A stretch of DNA of 64,000 nucleotides from an uncultured Spirochaetota bacterium (GCA_963734495.1 CAVTHK010000011.1:576001-640000); one strand, 5' to 3'; counted from the stretch's first letter, positions 21,016 through 30,849 are shown. The notes: generated from the letters alone by a model not told the origin. Translations and numbers: made by a program.

Positions 21016-21768
21016 ATGGCAACGACGGCGGAAGTCCTCGCGCGGCTGGCCGCGAAAGGCAGCCGCGCCAACGTCGAAGGGATGGCCAGGTTCGGGATGA
21101 GCACGGCCGGCCGCCTCGGCGTGCCCGTGCCCGAGATGCGGAAGCTCGCCAGGGAGATCGGCCGGGATCACCGCCTGGCGGCCGGGCTGTGGAAGACGGG
21201 CGTCCCGGAGGCGAGGATCCTCGCCTCCATGATCGCGGAGCCGCGGGAGCTCACGGCCGCGGACATGGACCGATGGGCCGCGGACTTCGATTCGTGGGAC
21301 GTCTGCGACCAGGTGTGCATGAACCTCTTCGAGAAGGCGCCTCACGCCCGGCGCAAGATCGTGGAATGGGCGCGGAGCGACGAGGAGCTCGTCAAGCGGG
21401 CCGCCTATTCGCTGCTCGCCTGCGTCGCGTGGCACGACAAGGCGGCGCCCGACTCGGACTTCCTGCCGCTCCTGCGCCTGATCGCGAGCGGAGCGACGGA
21501 CGACAGGAACTTCGTGAAGAAGGCGGTCAACTGGGCGCTGCGCACCATCGGAAAGCGCAATCCCCGGCTGAACGAGGCGGCGCTCCGGACCGCGCGCGAG
21601 ATCCGCGGCCTCGACTCCAGCGCGGCGCGCTGGATCGCCGCCGACGCGATCCGCGAGCTCGAGAGCGACGCCGTGCGTGCGCGGCTGCGCCGTGCGCCGG
21701 TCAGCCCGACGTCAGCTCGTCCAGCGAATCGAGGCAGCGCTTCTGGGCGGCGGCGCGCTCGGCGATGA
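21016..21768 (+). CDS. DNA alkylation repair protein (AlkD-like HEAT-repeat glycosylase)
   Basis: LGVPVPEMRKLA, FDSWDVCD and DDRNFVKKAVNWALRTIGKRN. RBS GGAGG precedes the start. Confidence 0.9.
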   Translation: MATTAEVLARLAAKGSRANVEGMARFGMSTAGRLGVPVPEMRKLAREIGRDHRLAAGLWKTGVPEARILASMIAEPRELTAADMDRWAADFDSWDVCDQVCMNLFEKAPHARRKIVEWARSDEELVKRAAYSLLACVAWHDKAAPDSDFLPLLRLIASGATDDRNFVKKAVNWALRTIGKRNPRLNEAALRTAREIRGLDSSAARWIAADAIRELESDAVRARLRRAPVSPTSARPANRGSASGRRRARR

Positions 21769-22753
21769 CCGCGATGAGGGAGCGCGCGAGCTCCCGCTGG
21801 TCCGGCGAATCGACCGGCGGGATGCCGTAGTCCTTGCTCACCGCCTGCTTCTTGCCGTAGTTCGACTCGACCTTGGCCACCCATTCGGGCTTGATGCCCC
21901 CGATCCCGGCAAAGGCGCCCGCCAGGCCGCCGACCATCGTGCCGATGGTGTCGGCGTCACGGCCGAAGTTCGCGGCGTAGATCACGGCCTGCACGGGGTT
22001 GCCGCGGGCGAGGTGGAACAGGGAAAAGACGCAGGGCACGGTCTCTCGCGAATCGCTTTTGACGTCCCGCAGCGGCCCCGCGTAGAACGCTTCGCGGAAC
22101 TCCTCGTAGCGCCCCTTCTGCCTCGCCAGCGCGACGGTGGATTCGATGCACTGCCGCATCTCCGCGGAGCTCGTCCTGTGGAGGTAGGCGGTGGAAGCTT
22201 CGATCACGGAATCGACCGTGGATCGCGGGTTCATCGCCTCCGCGATCGCGGCGGCGACGGCGCAGGCTCCGTCCCGGCAGAACGTCGAGTCCCCCGCGTG
22301 GATGAGCCCGGCCACGTCGTACGTCTCCGTGGCCGCCTGCCTCGGGTTGCAGGCGTTGATGAGGCCCATCGGCGAGATCGCCATCGCGGAGCTGCTGCTC
22401 TGCATGTTGCCGAGCCCCGCGTAGACCGGCAGGGTGAGCCCGCTTTCCACCTTGTGGAACATGTTCCTCACCGGCACGAAGAACATCTTGTAGAACTTCC
22501 TGTTGCGCAGAAACGACGCCGCGAACTCATCCGCCGTGACGTGGCCCCCGCCGTCCAGGATGGCCCCGATGAGGATCAGCCTGATGGCCGAGTCGTCGGT
22601 GCCCGCGCCCTCGAAATCGCTGATTTCGCCGAAGTCCTTGGCTATCTCACGGAAGTCCCTGCCTTCCGTGCGCGCCCCCATCGCGTCGCCGATCAGGCCG
22701 CCCACGAGCGATCCGTACACCCTGTCGAAGAGCCGTCCGCCGTCCTTTTTCAC
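21701..22753 (-). CDS. ADP-ribosylglycohydrolase (DraG/ARH family)
   Basis: IGDAMGA..EG, GTDDS and NFGRDADTIG Mg-binding motifs. Confidence 0.92.
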   Translation of the reverse strand: MKKDGGRLFDRVYGSLVGGLIGDAMGARTEGRDFREIAKDFGEISDFEGAGTDDSAIRLILIGAILDGGGHVTADEFAASFLRNRKFYKMFFVPVRNMFHKVESGLTLPVYAGLGNMQSSSSAMAISPMGLINACNPRQAATETYDVAGLIHAGDSTFCRDGACAVAAAIAEAMNPRSTVDSVIEASTAYLHRTSSAEMRQCIESTVALARQKGRYEEFREAFYAGPLRDVKSDSRETVPCVFSLFHLARGNPVQAVIYAANFGRDADTIGTMVGGLAGAFAGIGGIKPEWVAKVESNYGKKQAVSKDYGIPPVDSPDQRELARSLIAVIAERAAAQKRCLDSLDELTSG

Positions 22754-23312
22754 CGTTCCCCCCTTTGTCCGCCGCGGGCCTCTCCGAGAACACGGCGAGG
22801 TAGCGCACGCGGCCGCTCACCGGCTGCAGGTCGTGCTCGTCCTCGGAGTCGAAGTAGAGGCTGTCGCCCGGCCGCAGCGTGTACTCGACGCTCCCGACCC
22901 GGTACTTCATCTCTCCCTCGAGCATGTAGACGAACTCCTCGCCCCTGTGGCTCAGGGGCTGCGCCCCGATCCTCTTCTTCTCAGCCTCGAAGAGGAAGGG
23001 CTGGAACGCCTTGTCCGGCCGCTCCTGCGCGAAGGCGACGAAGCGGTAGCCTTTGCTCGTCGCCACCATCCGGCTGCGCTCCTCGGCTGCCTTGTGATGA
23101 ATCGTGCCGCGCTGGCCTGTCTCGTCCAGCAGGGTGGACACGCGGATCCCCAGCGCGTCGGCGATCTTGACCAGCGTGGAGACCGGCGGCATGGTCCTGC
23201 CGGTCTCGATCTTGGAGAGCAGGCTGGTCGAGAATCCGCACTCGAGGGCGATCTCCTGCAGCGTCCTCGCCTGCCGGAGCCGCAGCTTGCGGATGCGCCT
23301 TCCCAGTTCCAT
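22647..23312 (-). CDS. XRE-family HTH regulator with a C-terminal cupin domain
   Basis: LGRRIRKLR...LLSKIETGRTMPPVSTL, then HRGEEFVYMLEG and LRPGDSLYFDS. The tail overlaps the ARH gene start. Confidence 0.92.
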   Translation of the reverse strand: MELGRRIRKLRLRQARTLQEIALECGFSTSLLSKIETGRTMPPVSTLVKIADALGIRVSTLLDETGQRGTIHHKAAEERSRMVATSKGYRFVAFAQERPDKAFQPFLFEAEKKRIGAQPLSHRGEEFVYMLEGEMKYRVGSVEYTLRPGDSLYFDSEDEHDLQPVSGRVRYLAVFSERPAADKGGNGEKGRRTALRQGVRIARGRPDRRRDGGAHGRQGLP

Positions 23313-23337
23313 CGGAATGACTCCTGGTCGATCGCTG

Positions 23338-23385
23338 TGAACAGTATTCAAATTGCTTGAGTTGTCAACCGTCCTCTGTTACGAT
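23338..23385. promoter_or_regulatory. Overlapping divergent sigma-70-type promoters with a palindromic operator
   Basis: Minus strand TTGACA-N16-TACTGT (23368-23341). Plus strand TTGAGT-N17-TACGAT with a TG extension (23357-23385). Palindrome TGAA-cagta-TTCA at 23338-23350. The patch is AT-rich. Confidence 0.65.
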
Positions 23386-23417
23386 CAAAGCGTTCGACGC
23401 GGGCGGCAGGGGGGCAG

Positions 23418-24173
23418 ATGGCTGACATCATGGATCGGGTCGGGGTGAGCGCGACGGGGGGCGAGGCGCGCAAGCCGCTGGAGGAGGTGCTGGCCTCCTA
23501 TTCGTCGATGGGCTACCGGTACTTCGAGGCGTGGCTCAAGGGCCGCGGGTCCGCGATGGACATGAGCCGGGGCGCGGACGCCTACGTGAGCCTGGCGCGG
23601 CGCTACGGCATCAAGTACTGCTCCCTGCACATGCGCACGGTCGAGACGGCGTCGGCGGACGCCATCGCCCTCGCCGTGGAAGAGGCGCTCTTCGCCGAAA
23701 AGCTGGGCGCCCGCGTCGCGACGCTGACCTGCTCGACCAGGGAGGTCTACGTCGAGACGGCGCGCCGGGTCCTCAACGCCATCGAGGGGCACGACCTCAC
23801 GCTGGTCATCCAGGTGCACGAAGGGCGGGCGATCGAGACCATGGATCAGCTCACCGAGGTGCTCGACGCGGTGGGGGACGAGCGGCTGAAGGTGCAGCAC
23901 GAGGTGGGCACCTTCCACGCGCTGGGGGTCCCCTGGAACAAGGTGATCGAGCGTTTCGGCCTTCGGATCGGCCTGGTGCACATCAAGGACATGGTGGGCG
24001 ACCAGAGCGTCGCCCTGGGAACGGGCGAGGTGGACGTTCCCGGGATCTTCGCCGAGATGCGCAGGATCGGCTACCAGGGCTTCTACGTGATCGAGATCCA
24101 GAACAAGGACCAGGAGAACACCCGCCGCTACTTCCGGGAGGCGGTGGACCTGCTTCGGACTCGGTGCGGATGA
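23418..24173 (+). CDS. Sugar phosphate isomerase/epimerase family protein
   Basis: VHIKDM, LGTGEVDVP and GYQGFYVIE motifs. Confidence 0.85.
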   Translation: MADIMDRVGVSATGGEARKPLEEVLASYSSMGYRYFEAWLKGRGSAMDMSRGADAYVSLARRYGIKYCSLHMRTVETASADAIALAVEEALFAEKLGARVATLTCSTREVYVETARRVLNAIEGHDLTLVIQVHEGRAIETMDQLTEVLDAVGDERLKVQHEVGTFHALGVPWNKVIERFGLRIGLVHIKDMVGDQSVALGTGEVDVPGIFAEMRRIGYQGFYVIEIQNKDQENTRRYFREAVDLLRTRCG

Positions 24174-24186
24174 AGCGGAGGGCGGC

Positions 24187-25197
24187 ATGAAGGACCTCAA
24201 GGTCGGAGTGATCGGGCTCGGGCTGGGGCGCCATTTCGTGGCGGCGTGCAACGCTTCGCCCCTCGTGGGGAGGCTGGTGATCTGCGATCCCGACGAGGGC
24301 AGGCAGGCCCAGGCCCGCGAGCAGGCGCCGAGAGTGGCCGCCGCCTACGCCTCGATCCCCGAGATGCTCGACGCCGAGAAGCTCGACGTCGCGTGCGTCG
24401 TCACGCCGGACCACATGCACAGGGAGCACGTCGGCCTCTGCCTGGACGCGGGGTGCCACGTCCTGATGACCAAGCCTCTCGCCACCAGTCTCGAGGACGG
24501 GCGGGCCATCGTGCGGGCCGCGGAGTCCTCGGGGCGCAAGCTCATGGTGGCGCACGAGCGGCGCTTCCGCGCCCGCTTCCGCCGCGTCCGGGAGATGCTC
24601 GAGGCGGGCGACCTCGGCGACCTCATCCTCGTGCAGATGAACCAGCTGGGCGACCGGCGCAAGCAGTTCGCGAGAGCGCCCTGGTACGCCTCACCGGAGG
24701 CCGGGAGGTCCGCGCTGGTCGGATCGGGGATCCACGAGGTGGACCTGCTGCGCTTCTTCGCGGCAAAGCCGATCCTCACCGTTGCCGCGGCCAGCAACCG
24801 CCTGGGCGACCTCGACTTCCCGAAGTCCAAGACGACGGCCACCGTCTTCCAGTTCGAGGGCGGCGCGATCGGCCAGACCGCCATCAGCTACGAGGCGCAC
24901 TGGCCCGCGAAGCAGCCGCCGGCGCACTTCCTCCTCGTGGGTGCGCACGGCGTCGTGCTCGACGACAAGGTCAGGACCGACCGGGACGACGACTGGAAGC
25001 CGCTGCCCAAGGACGAGATGGAGACCGCGGCCGGGTGCGGGCGGGCCACCGACACGTTCCTGGAGGTGGTGGCCCGCGGCGGTACCGTGCCCGTGAGCCC
25101 GCGCGACGGCTATGCGACGCTGGCCGCGTGCATCGCCGCCGATGAGTCGGCGGAAAGCGGAAGGATCGTGAAGCCGGATTCCGAGGCGTTCGCGTAG
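24187..25197 (+). CDS. Gfo/Idh/MocA family oxidoreductase
   Basis: VGVIGLGLG, VTPDHMH, HVLMTKPLA and GIHEVDLL. Confidence 0.93.
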   Translation: MKDLKVGVIGLGLGRHFVAACNASPLVGRLVICDPDEGRQAQAREQAPRVAAAYASIPEMLDAEKLDVACVVTPDHMHREHVGLCLDAGCHVLMTKPLATSLEDGRAIVRAAESSGRKLMVAHERRFRARFRRVREMLEAGDLGDLILVQMNQLGDRRKQFARAPWYASPEAGRSALVGSGIHEVDLLRFFAAKPILTVAAASNRLGDLDFPKSKTTATVFQFEGGAIGQTAISYEAHWPAKQPPAHFLLVGAHGVVLDDKVRTDRDDDWKPLPKDEMETAAGCGRATDTFLEVVARGGTVPVSPRDGYATLAACIAADESAESGRIVKPDSEAFA

Positions 25198-25266
25198 AGG
25201 CGGCGGCGGGCGCCCGACAGTGGCTGCGGGGCCGGCTGCGGCCGGTCCCGCGCGAGGGAAGGTCCT

Positions 25267-26193
25267 GTGAAGCGGGGGGACAGGTCGATTTTGCGGAGGG
25301 CATCCCGCGAGCTCCTCGTCAACCGGCAGGTGTACCTCATGCTCCTGCCGGTCCTCCTGTACTACGCCCTGTTCCACTTCCAGCCGATGTACGGCGCCCA
25401 GATCGCGTTCAAGAGCTTCAACCCGGTCAAGGGCATCTGGGGCAGCCAGTGGATCGGCTTCCGTCACTTCCAGGCGTTTTTCGGGAGCTACTACGCCTGG
25501 CGCATCATCAGGAACACCCTGCTCCTCAACTTCTGGCACGTGATCTTCGCGTTTCCGGCGCCGATCATCGTGGCGCTCCTCGTCAACGAGGTCACCCACC
25601 AGGGCTACAAGAGGGTCGTGCAGACGCTGACCTACCTGCCGCACTTCATCTCCCTGGTGGTGGTGTGCGGGCTGATCATCGACTTTCTCGCGCGCGATGG
25701 GGTCGTCAACCAGCTCATAGCGGCGGGCGGCGTCGAGCCCATTCCGTTCATGATCATTCCCCAGTGGTTCCGGTTCGTCTACGTGAGCTCGGGCATCTGG
25801 CAGCAGGCAGGCTGGGAATCCATCATCTATCTCGCTGCGCTCTCGGCGATCAACCCCGAGCTTTACGAGGCCGCGGTGGTCGACGGCGCGGGCCGGTGGC
25901 GCCAGACCTGGTCCATCACCCTTCCCGGAATCGCGCCGACGATCATCATCATGCTGATCCTGCGGATGGGCCGCATGATGAACATCGACCTCGAAAAGGT
26001 GCTCCTGCTCTACAACCCGCAGACCTACGAGACCGCGGACGTGATCAGCACCTTCGTGTACCGCAAGGGGCTGCTGGAAAAGAGCTTCAGCTACAGCACG
26101 GCGGTGGACCTGCTCAACTCGGTGATCAACTTCGCCATGCTCATGCTGTTCAACCGGCTGAGCCGGAGGATTACGAGGACCAGCCTGTGGTAG
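25267..26193 (+). CDS. Carbohydrate ABC permease (LplB type)
   Basis: PMYGAQIAFK, TYLPHFIS and the EAA loop LYEAAVVDGAGRW. Confidence 0.95.
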   Translation: MKRGDRSILRRASRELLVNRQVYLMLLPVLLYYALFHFQPMYGAQIAFKSFNPVKGIWGSQWIGFRHFQAFFGSYYAWRIIRNTLLLNFWHVIFAFPAPIIVALLVNEVTHQGYKRVVQTLTYLPHFISLVVVCGLIIDFLARDGVVNQLIAAGGVEPIPFMIIPQWFRFVYVSSGIWQQAGWESIIYLAALSAINPELYEAAVVDGAGRWRQTWSITLPGIAPTIIIMLILRMGRMMNIDLEKVLLLYNPQTYETADVISTFVYRKGLLEKSFSYSTAVDLLNSVINFAMLMLFNRLSRRITRTSLW

Positions 26194-26209
26194 AGAGGCG
26201 AAGACGGCG

Positions 26210-27088
26210 ATGAAACGGACCGGCGGCGAGATCGTCTTTCAGGCATTCGACCTCCTGCTGCTCACCGCGTTCGCCTTTGCCTGCGTGTACCCGTTCATCT
26301 ACGTGTTGTTCGCCTCGCTCAGCGATCCCGCGCGCATCGTCGCGCACCGTGGCATCCTCGTGGCTCCTCTGGGGTTCTCCCTGGGCCCCTACAGGATGGT
26401 CTTCGAGAATCCCCACATTCTCAGCGGGTACAAGAACACCCTGATCGTGCTCGTCGCCGGGACCTCGATCAACCTGTTCCTGACGTCGCTCGGGGCGTAC
26501 GGCCTTTCGAGGCGCAGGATCGCGCTGCGCGACGCCCTGATGTTCCTGATCGTATTCACCATGATGTTCCGCGGCGGCCTGATACCGCTCTACCTCCAGG
26601 TGGGGAGCCTCGGGCTGGTGGACACCCGGTGGTCGCTCATCCTGCCCTCCGCCGTCAGCGCCTGGAACCTCGTCATCATGCGCACGTACCTGTTGAGCCT
26701 CCCTGAAAGCCTGGAGGAGTCGGCGAGGATCGACGGCGCCGGCGACTGGACCATCCTGTTCCGCGTCGTGCTGCCGCTCGCGATGCCCGTCGTGGCGGTG
26801 ATGACTCTCTTCTACGGGGTGCACCACTGGAACAGCTGGTTCCACGCGATGCTCTTTCTCCGCGACCGCGCGCTCTACCCGCTGCAGCTCATTCTCCGCG
26901 AGATCCTGATCGCGAACGACACGCGGAGCATGACGACGTCGCTGATCAGCTCCGTGGACGAGGAGCAGGTCGGGGAGACGATCAAGTACGCGACCATCGT
27001 GGTGGCCACGCTGCCGATTCTTTGCGCGTATCCGCTCCTGCAGAAGTATTTCGTCAAGGGGGTCATGATCGGAGCGATCAAGGGCTGA
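26210..27088 (+). CDS. Carbohydrate ABC permease (LplC type)
   Basis: GGLIPLY, LEESARIDGA and YPLLQKYFVKGVMIGAIKG. Confidence 0.95.
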   Translation: MKRTGGEIVFQAFDLLLLTAFAFACVYPFIYVLFASLSDPARIVAHRGILVAPLGFSLGPYRMVFENPHILSGYKNTLIVLVAGTSINLFLTSLGAYGLSRRRIALRDALMFLIVFTMMFRGGLIPLYLQVGSLGLVDTRWSLILPSAVSAWNLVIMRTYLLSLPESLEESARIDGAGDWTILFRVVLPLAMPVVAVMTLFYGVHHWNSWFHAMLFLRDRALYPLQLILREILIANDTRSMTTSLISSVDEEQVGETIKYATIVVATLPILCAYPLLQKYFVKGVMIGAIKG

Positions 27089-27196
27089 CCGTCCGCGAGG
27101 CGCCGTCGGGCGCGCGGCGGGAAGCCAACGGCACAGGCGAAACCCTCGGCCCTTACGGGACCGGGGAGAACGCGACGTTTCCCAAAGGAGGTGCGT

Positions 27197-28762
27197 ATGA
27201 AGCGCCTTGCAATCGTACTGGTGGTGCTGCTGGCACCGATGCTCGCCTTTGCGAGCCCGGCCGGGGAGGTCACGGCGGCGAAGACCGAGGGGCCGGTGGT
27301 CCTCACGGCCTTCTGGAGGCTCGACGCCAAGACCGGCATGACGCTGAAGAGCTACTCGGAGATGACCGTCTTCAAGGAGCTGGAAAAGCGGACCGGCGTG
27401 CGCCTGGAGTTCAAGCACCCGCCCTCAGGCCAGGAGAACGAACAGTTCAACCTGATGCTCGCCTCCAACAACCTGACCGACCTGATCTACTGGGACTGGT
27501 GGGCCTCGGTGCCCGGCGGACCCGGCCAGCTCATCGCGGATGGGCAGATCATCCGGCTCAACGAGCTCTTCGACAAGTACGCGCCCAACTACCTGGCCTA
27601 TCTCAAGGCGGACCCGGAGCGGCGCAAGCAGGCGAGCCTCGACGACGGGACGCTCTACACGATCCCGAAGATCAAGAGCGACAAGTACAACCGCATCAGC
27701 GACGGCTTCCAGGTGCGCCAGGACTGGCTGGACCGCATCGGCGCCGAGAAGCCGACCACCATCGACGGCTGGTACAAGATGCTCTCGGCCATCAGGAAGG
27801 CCGACGCCAACGGCAACGGGAAGGTGGGCGACGAGATCCCGTTCAGCGGCACCGGCCTGGACAAGTTCTCGCTGCGACGCTTCGCGTTCGCCTGGGGCGT
27901 CTCGTGGAACTTCGGCCTCGCCGGCCGCAAGGTCGTCTACGGCCCGATCGAGCCCGCGTACAAGGATCACCTCGCGACCATGGCCAAGTGGTACGCCGAG
28001 AAGCTGATCGACCAGGACTTCGTCACCAACAACGACAAGAACTTCGAGTCCAAGGTGGTCGGCGACATCGTCGCGTCCTACGCCGGGAACATCAACGGCC
28101 ACATGGGCAAGTTCCTCGGCCTCAAGCAGAACGACCCGAGCTTCAAGCTGGTCGGGATCCAGCCTCCAATCGGCCCCGCCGGCAAAGCCTACGGTCCCAT
28201 GGACTCCGAGATGACGGGCAACGCGGTCGTCGTGTCCGCCTCGTGCAAGAACAAGGAAGCGGCCGTGCGGTGGGGGGACTACCTCTTTACCAAGGACGGC
28301 ATCATGCTCACCAACTTCGGGGTGGAGGGCCTCACCTACACGATGCAGGACGGCCAGCCGGTGTTGACCGACCTCATCAAGAAGAACCCGAACAAGCTGC
28401 CCATGATCAACGCCCTGAGCCAGCACGTCTGGTCGGCCAGCAGCGGGCCCGGCCTGCAGCTTGAGCGCGTCTTCAAGCAGATCCAGCTCCCGCCTCAGAT
28501 CGACGCGGTCAACCTCTACCAGGCCGTGCAGGACGCGGGCGTTCTCATGCCCCCGGCCTTCCCGACGCCCAAGGAGGCCGAGCGCCTGTCCGCGATCATG
28601 ACCGACATCCAGACCTACGCGGACGAGATGTACTGCAAGTTCGTGCTGGGGCAGGTGCCGATCTCGGACTGGGACAAGTACGTGGCCACGATCAGGAAGA
28701 TGAACATCGACGAAGCGACTGCGATCTGGCAGGGGGTCGTCAATCGGTACGACAAGAGGTAA
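27197..28762 (+). CDS. Extracellular solute-binding protein (LplA type)
   Basis: RBS AAAGGAGG and a signal peptide, then EQFNLMLAS, VRQDWLD and DANGNGKVGDEIPF. Confidence 0.93.
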   Translation: MKRLAIVLVVLLAPMLAFASPAGEVTAAKTEGPVVLTAFWRLDAKTGMTLKSYSEMTVFKELEKRTGVRLEFKHPPSGQENEQFNLMLASNNLTDLIYWDWWASVPGGPGQLIADGQIIRLNELFDKYAPNYLAYLKADPERRKQASLDDGTLYTIPKIKSDKYNRISDGFQVRQDWLDRIGAEKPTTIDGWYKMLSAIRKADANGNGKVGDEIPFSGTGLDKFSLRRFAFAWGVSWNFGLAGRKVVYGPIEPAYKDHLATMAKWYAEKLIDQDFVTNNDKNFESKVVGDIVASYAGNINGHMGKFLGLKQNDPSFKLVGIQPPIGPAGKAYGPMDSEMTGNAVVVSASCKNKEAAVRWGDYLFTKDGIMLTNFGVEGLTYTMQDGQPVLTDLIKKNPNKLPMINALSQHVWSASSGPGLQLERVFKQIQLPPQIDAVNLYQAVQDAGVLMPPAFPTPKEAERLSAIMTDIQTYADEMYCKFVLGQVPISDWDKYVATIRKMNIDEATAIWQGVVNRYDKR

Positions 28763-28771
28763 GGCTTCGCG

Positions 28772-28811
28772 CGAAGGGACGGCCCGGCCGCTCCGGGCTG
28801 TCCCTTCGTTA
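28772..28811 (+). terminator. Probable intrinsic terminator of the Lpl operon
   Basis: Stem CGAAGGGACGGCCCGG / CCGGGCTGTCCCTTCG followed by TTA. Confidence 0.65.
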
Positions 28812-28840
28812 TCTCCGCGCGTGCGCGGGCGGCGGCCGCC

Positions 28841-29503
28841 GTGATTCCGCGCCCCGTTGATCTCCCGGCCTGTCTGGGGGACGCGCTGCGGGCGCTCTTT
28901 CCCACGCTCGCGTGGGAGCGCGTGTCTTTCTTCGACGGCATCCCGTGGCCTTTCAGCCTCGGCGACGAGGACGCCATCACGCTGACCGGCGGGCTCTCGC
29001 GCATCCGCATCTGCTTCCGTCCCTCGGTCTGCGAGCCGCTGTCGCTGCGATTCTTCCTGCTCTGCGGCCACGAGCTCGTGCACGCGCTGCAGGTGCAGCA
29101 GTCGCCGGCCGGCGGCCGCGGGCTCGGGCTGCTCAACGCCTTTATCGTGCATTACCTGACGTGCTTCTTCGCCGCGTGGTCCGCGCTGCCCCATCACGGC
29201 AACCTCTACGAGGACGAGGCCTACGAGTATGAAGGCATCCTCGGCGGCGCCCTCCACGCAGCCGGCCGGGAGCGCGCGTTGCCGTGCGACGCCGCGGGCC
29301 GCCCCGCCTCCGGCTTCGCCGGCGTGCCCGCGCTCGCGCGCATCGACCCGCGCGTGATCAGGCGCCGGGCCGCGGCGCGGGGCCCGTGCGCAGGCGGCGC
29401 CGCCGCCGTGGGCGCGGGCCTGCTCGCCGCCGTGACCGCCGCCGCCGGCGCCGCCGTCTACGGCGTCGCGTGCCTGGTGTCGCGCCTGTTCAACGGGAAG
29501 TGA
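28841..29503 (+). CDS. Hypothetical HExxH zincin-like (DUF4157-like) protein with a C-terminal TM segment
   Basis: AITL...CGHELVHALQ...NLYEDEAYE and a hydrophobic Ala-rich C-terminus. Confidence 0.6.
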   Translation: MIPRPVDLPACLGDALRALFPTLAWERVSFFDGIPWPFSLGDEDAITLTGGLSRIRICFRPSVCEPLSLRFFLLCGHELVHALQVQQSPAGGRGLGLLNAFIVHYLTCFFAAWSALPHHGNLYEDEAYEYEGILGGALHAAGRERALPCDAAGRPASGFAGVPALARIDPRVIRRRAAARGPCAGGAAAVGAGLLAAVTAAAGAAVYGVACLVSRLFNGK

Positions 29504-30695
29504 CGACCCTGCCGTCGCGGATCACCGCGAGCGGCGGCTCGTGGTCGCGGATCGCCTCCCACACCGTCGGCGCGTCGAGGATCACCAGGTCCGCGCGCCC
29601 GTCGGGCGCGAGGCGGTGGGCCTCGAGCCCGAGGAGGTCGGCCGCGCGCGTCGTGACGAGGTCGTACAGGAGCTCGAGGTCGGCGAACGTGGTCATCCAC
29701 AGCAGGTGTGCCGCGAGGAACGCGACTTCGAGCATGCTGTTGCGGCCGAAGGGGTAGTAGGCGTCGGCGATGTCGTCCTGGCCGAGGGCGACGGCCACGC
29801 CCGCGTCGAGCAGCTCGCGCACGCGGGCGTGCAGCGGGCCGGTGTGCGGATCGCTCACCACCCCGATGCGGGCGCGCGCGGCGAGGGCAGCGACCTTGCG
29901 GAAGTACGGCTCCGGGTAGAGCGCCATCGCGCGGCAGTGGTGCGCCGTCACGCGGCCCTCCCATCCGTCTGCGATGGTCCTGACCGCCAGCATCTCGAGC
30001 GTCCGCAGGCCGGGGTCTCCCGCGTCGTCGATCAGCATGGAGACGCCGCGGTCGTGGCTGCGCGCGATCGCGAACATGCGCTCGACGTGCTCGCGGGCGT
30101 CCGCCTCCGTGTACTCGATCCAGGGGATCCCGCCCACGACGTCCGCTCCGAGCTCCATGGCCTCCCGCACGTACCGCTCGGCCTCCGGGTCGCGGATCAC
30201 CCCGTCCTGCGGGAAAGCCACGACCTGCAGCTCGACGCGCCCTCTGAGCTCTTCGCGCACGCGCAGGAGCGCCTTGACTCCCTCGAGGCGCGCCTTGCCG
30301 TCGGTGTCGGCGAAGGCGCGGATGTGCGTGCAGCCGTGACGGAGCGCGAGCGCCACGGCCCGTCGCGCGTTGTCCGCGATCCATCCCTCGTCGTAGCGCT
30401 CCTTGACGCGGGACGCAAGCTCGATCGCGGTCATCGCGGCCCCCATCGTGCCGCCCTGATACGAGGTGAGGGCCTCCTGCGCGGCCATGGGGAGCGTGTA
30501 GACCTTGCAGAGATGCAGGTGAGCGTTGACGAAGGATTCGGTGACGAGGCGCCCTTGCGCGTCGACGGCGTTCGCGGCCCGGACGTCCAGACCGTGCCCG
30601 ATCTCCGCGATTCGTCCGTCCTGAACGGCAATCTGGACCGTATCGACCCCCGACGTTCGAGTCCGGGCGTTGCGGATCAGAAGATCAGCGTGCAC
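29490..30695 (-). CDS. Amidohydrolase, cytosine-deaminase-like (CodA/AtzC branch)
   Basis: FVNAHLHL (HxH), QVVAFPQDG, DVVGGIP, VTAHHC and LGQDDIAD. Confidence 0.9.
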   Translation of the reverse strand: MHADLLIRNARTRTSGVDTVQIAVQDGRIAEIGHGLDVRAANAVDAQGRLVTESFVNAHLHLCKVYTLPMAAQEALTSYQGGTMGAAMTAIELASRVKERYDEGWIADNARRAVALALRHGCTHIRAFADTDGKARLEGVKALLRVREELRGRVELQVVAFPQDGVIRDPEAERYVREAMELGADVVGGIPWIEYTEADAREHVERMFAIARSHDRGVSMLIDDAGDPGLRTLEMLAVRTIADGWEGRVTAHHCRAMALYPEPYFRKVAALAARARIGVVSDPHTGPLHARVRELLDAGVAVALGQDDIADAYYPFGRNSMLEVAFLAAHLLWMTTFADLELLYDLVTTRAADLLGLEAHRLAPDGRADLVILDAPTVWEAIRDHEPPLAVIRDGRVVTSR

Positions 30696-30849
30696 AGGCG
30701 CCTCCCGCCTTCAGATTAACCGACCCGACCCGACCCGTCGATGCCTCTCCGACGACTGCGAAACGGCTCTTGAAACGTTCTCGTAACGCCCATCCCGTAG
30801 ACTTCCCTCGTGCGGGCGCGCTCTCCGCGCTTTCGCACGAGGAGGGTCT

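Noticed and set aside
21701-22753. ARH as the antitoxin of the Tse2-like toxin
   Set aside because: It lies about 27 kb away, has host-like GC and sits in a sugar-catabolic regulon, so nothing links the two.
27089-27190. Possible c-di-GMP-I riboswitch (GCACAGGCGAAACC)
   Set aside because: The resemblance is superficial and the GNRA-tetraloop/receptor architecture is not evident. It is better explained as an intra-operon hairpin; an Rfam scan would settle it.
30721-30737. CGACC x3 micro-repeat
   Set aside because: It is too short to be meaningful at this GC content.
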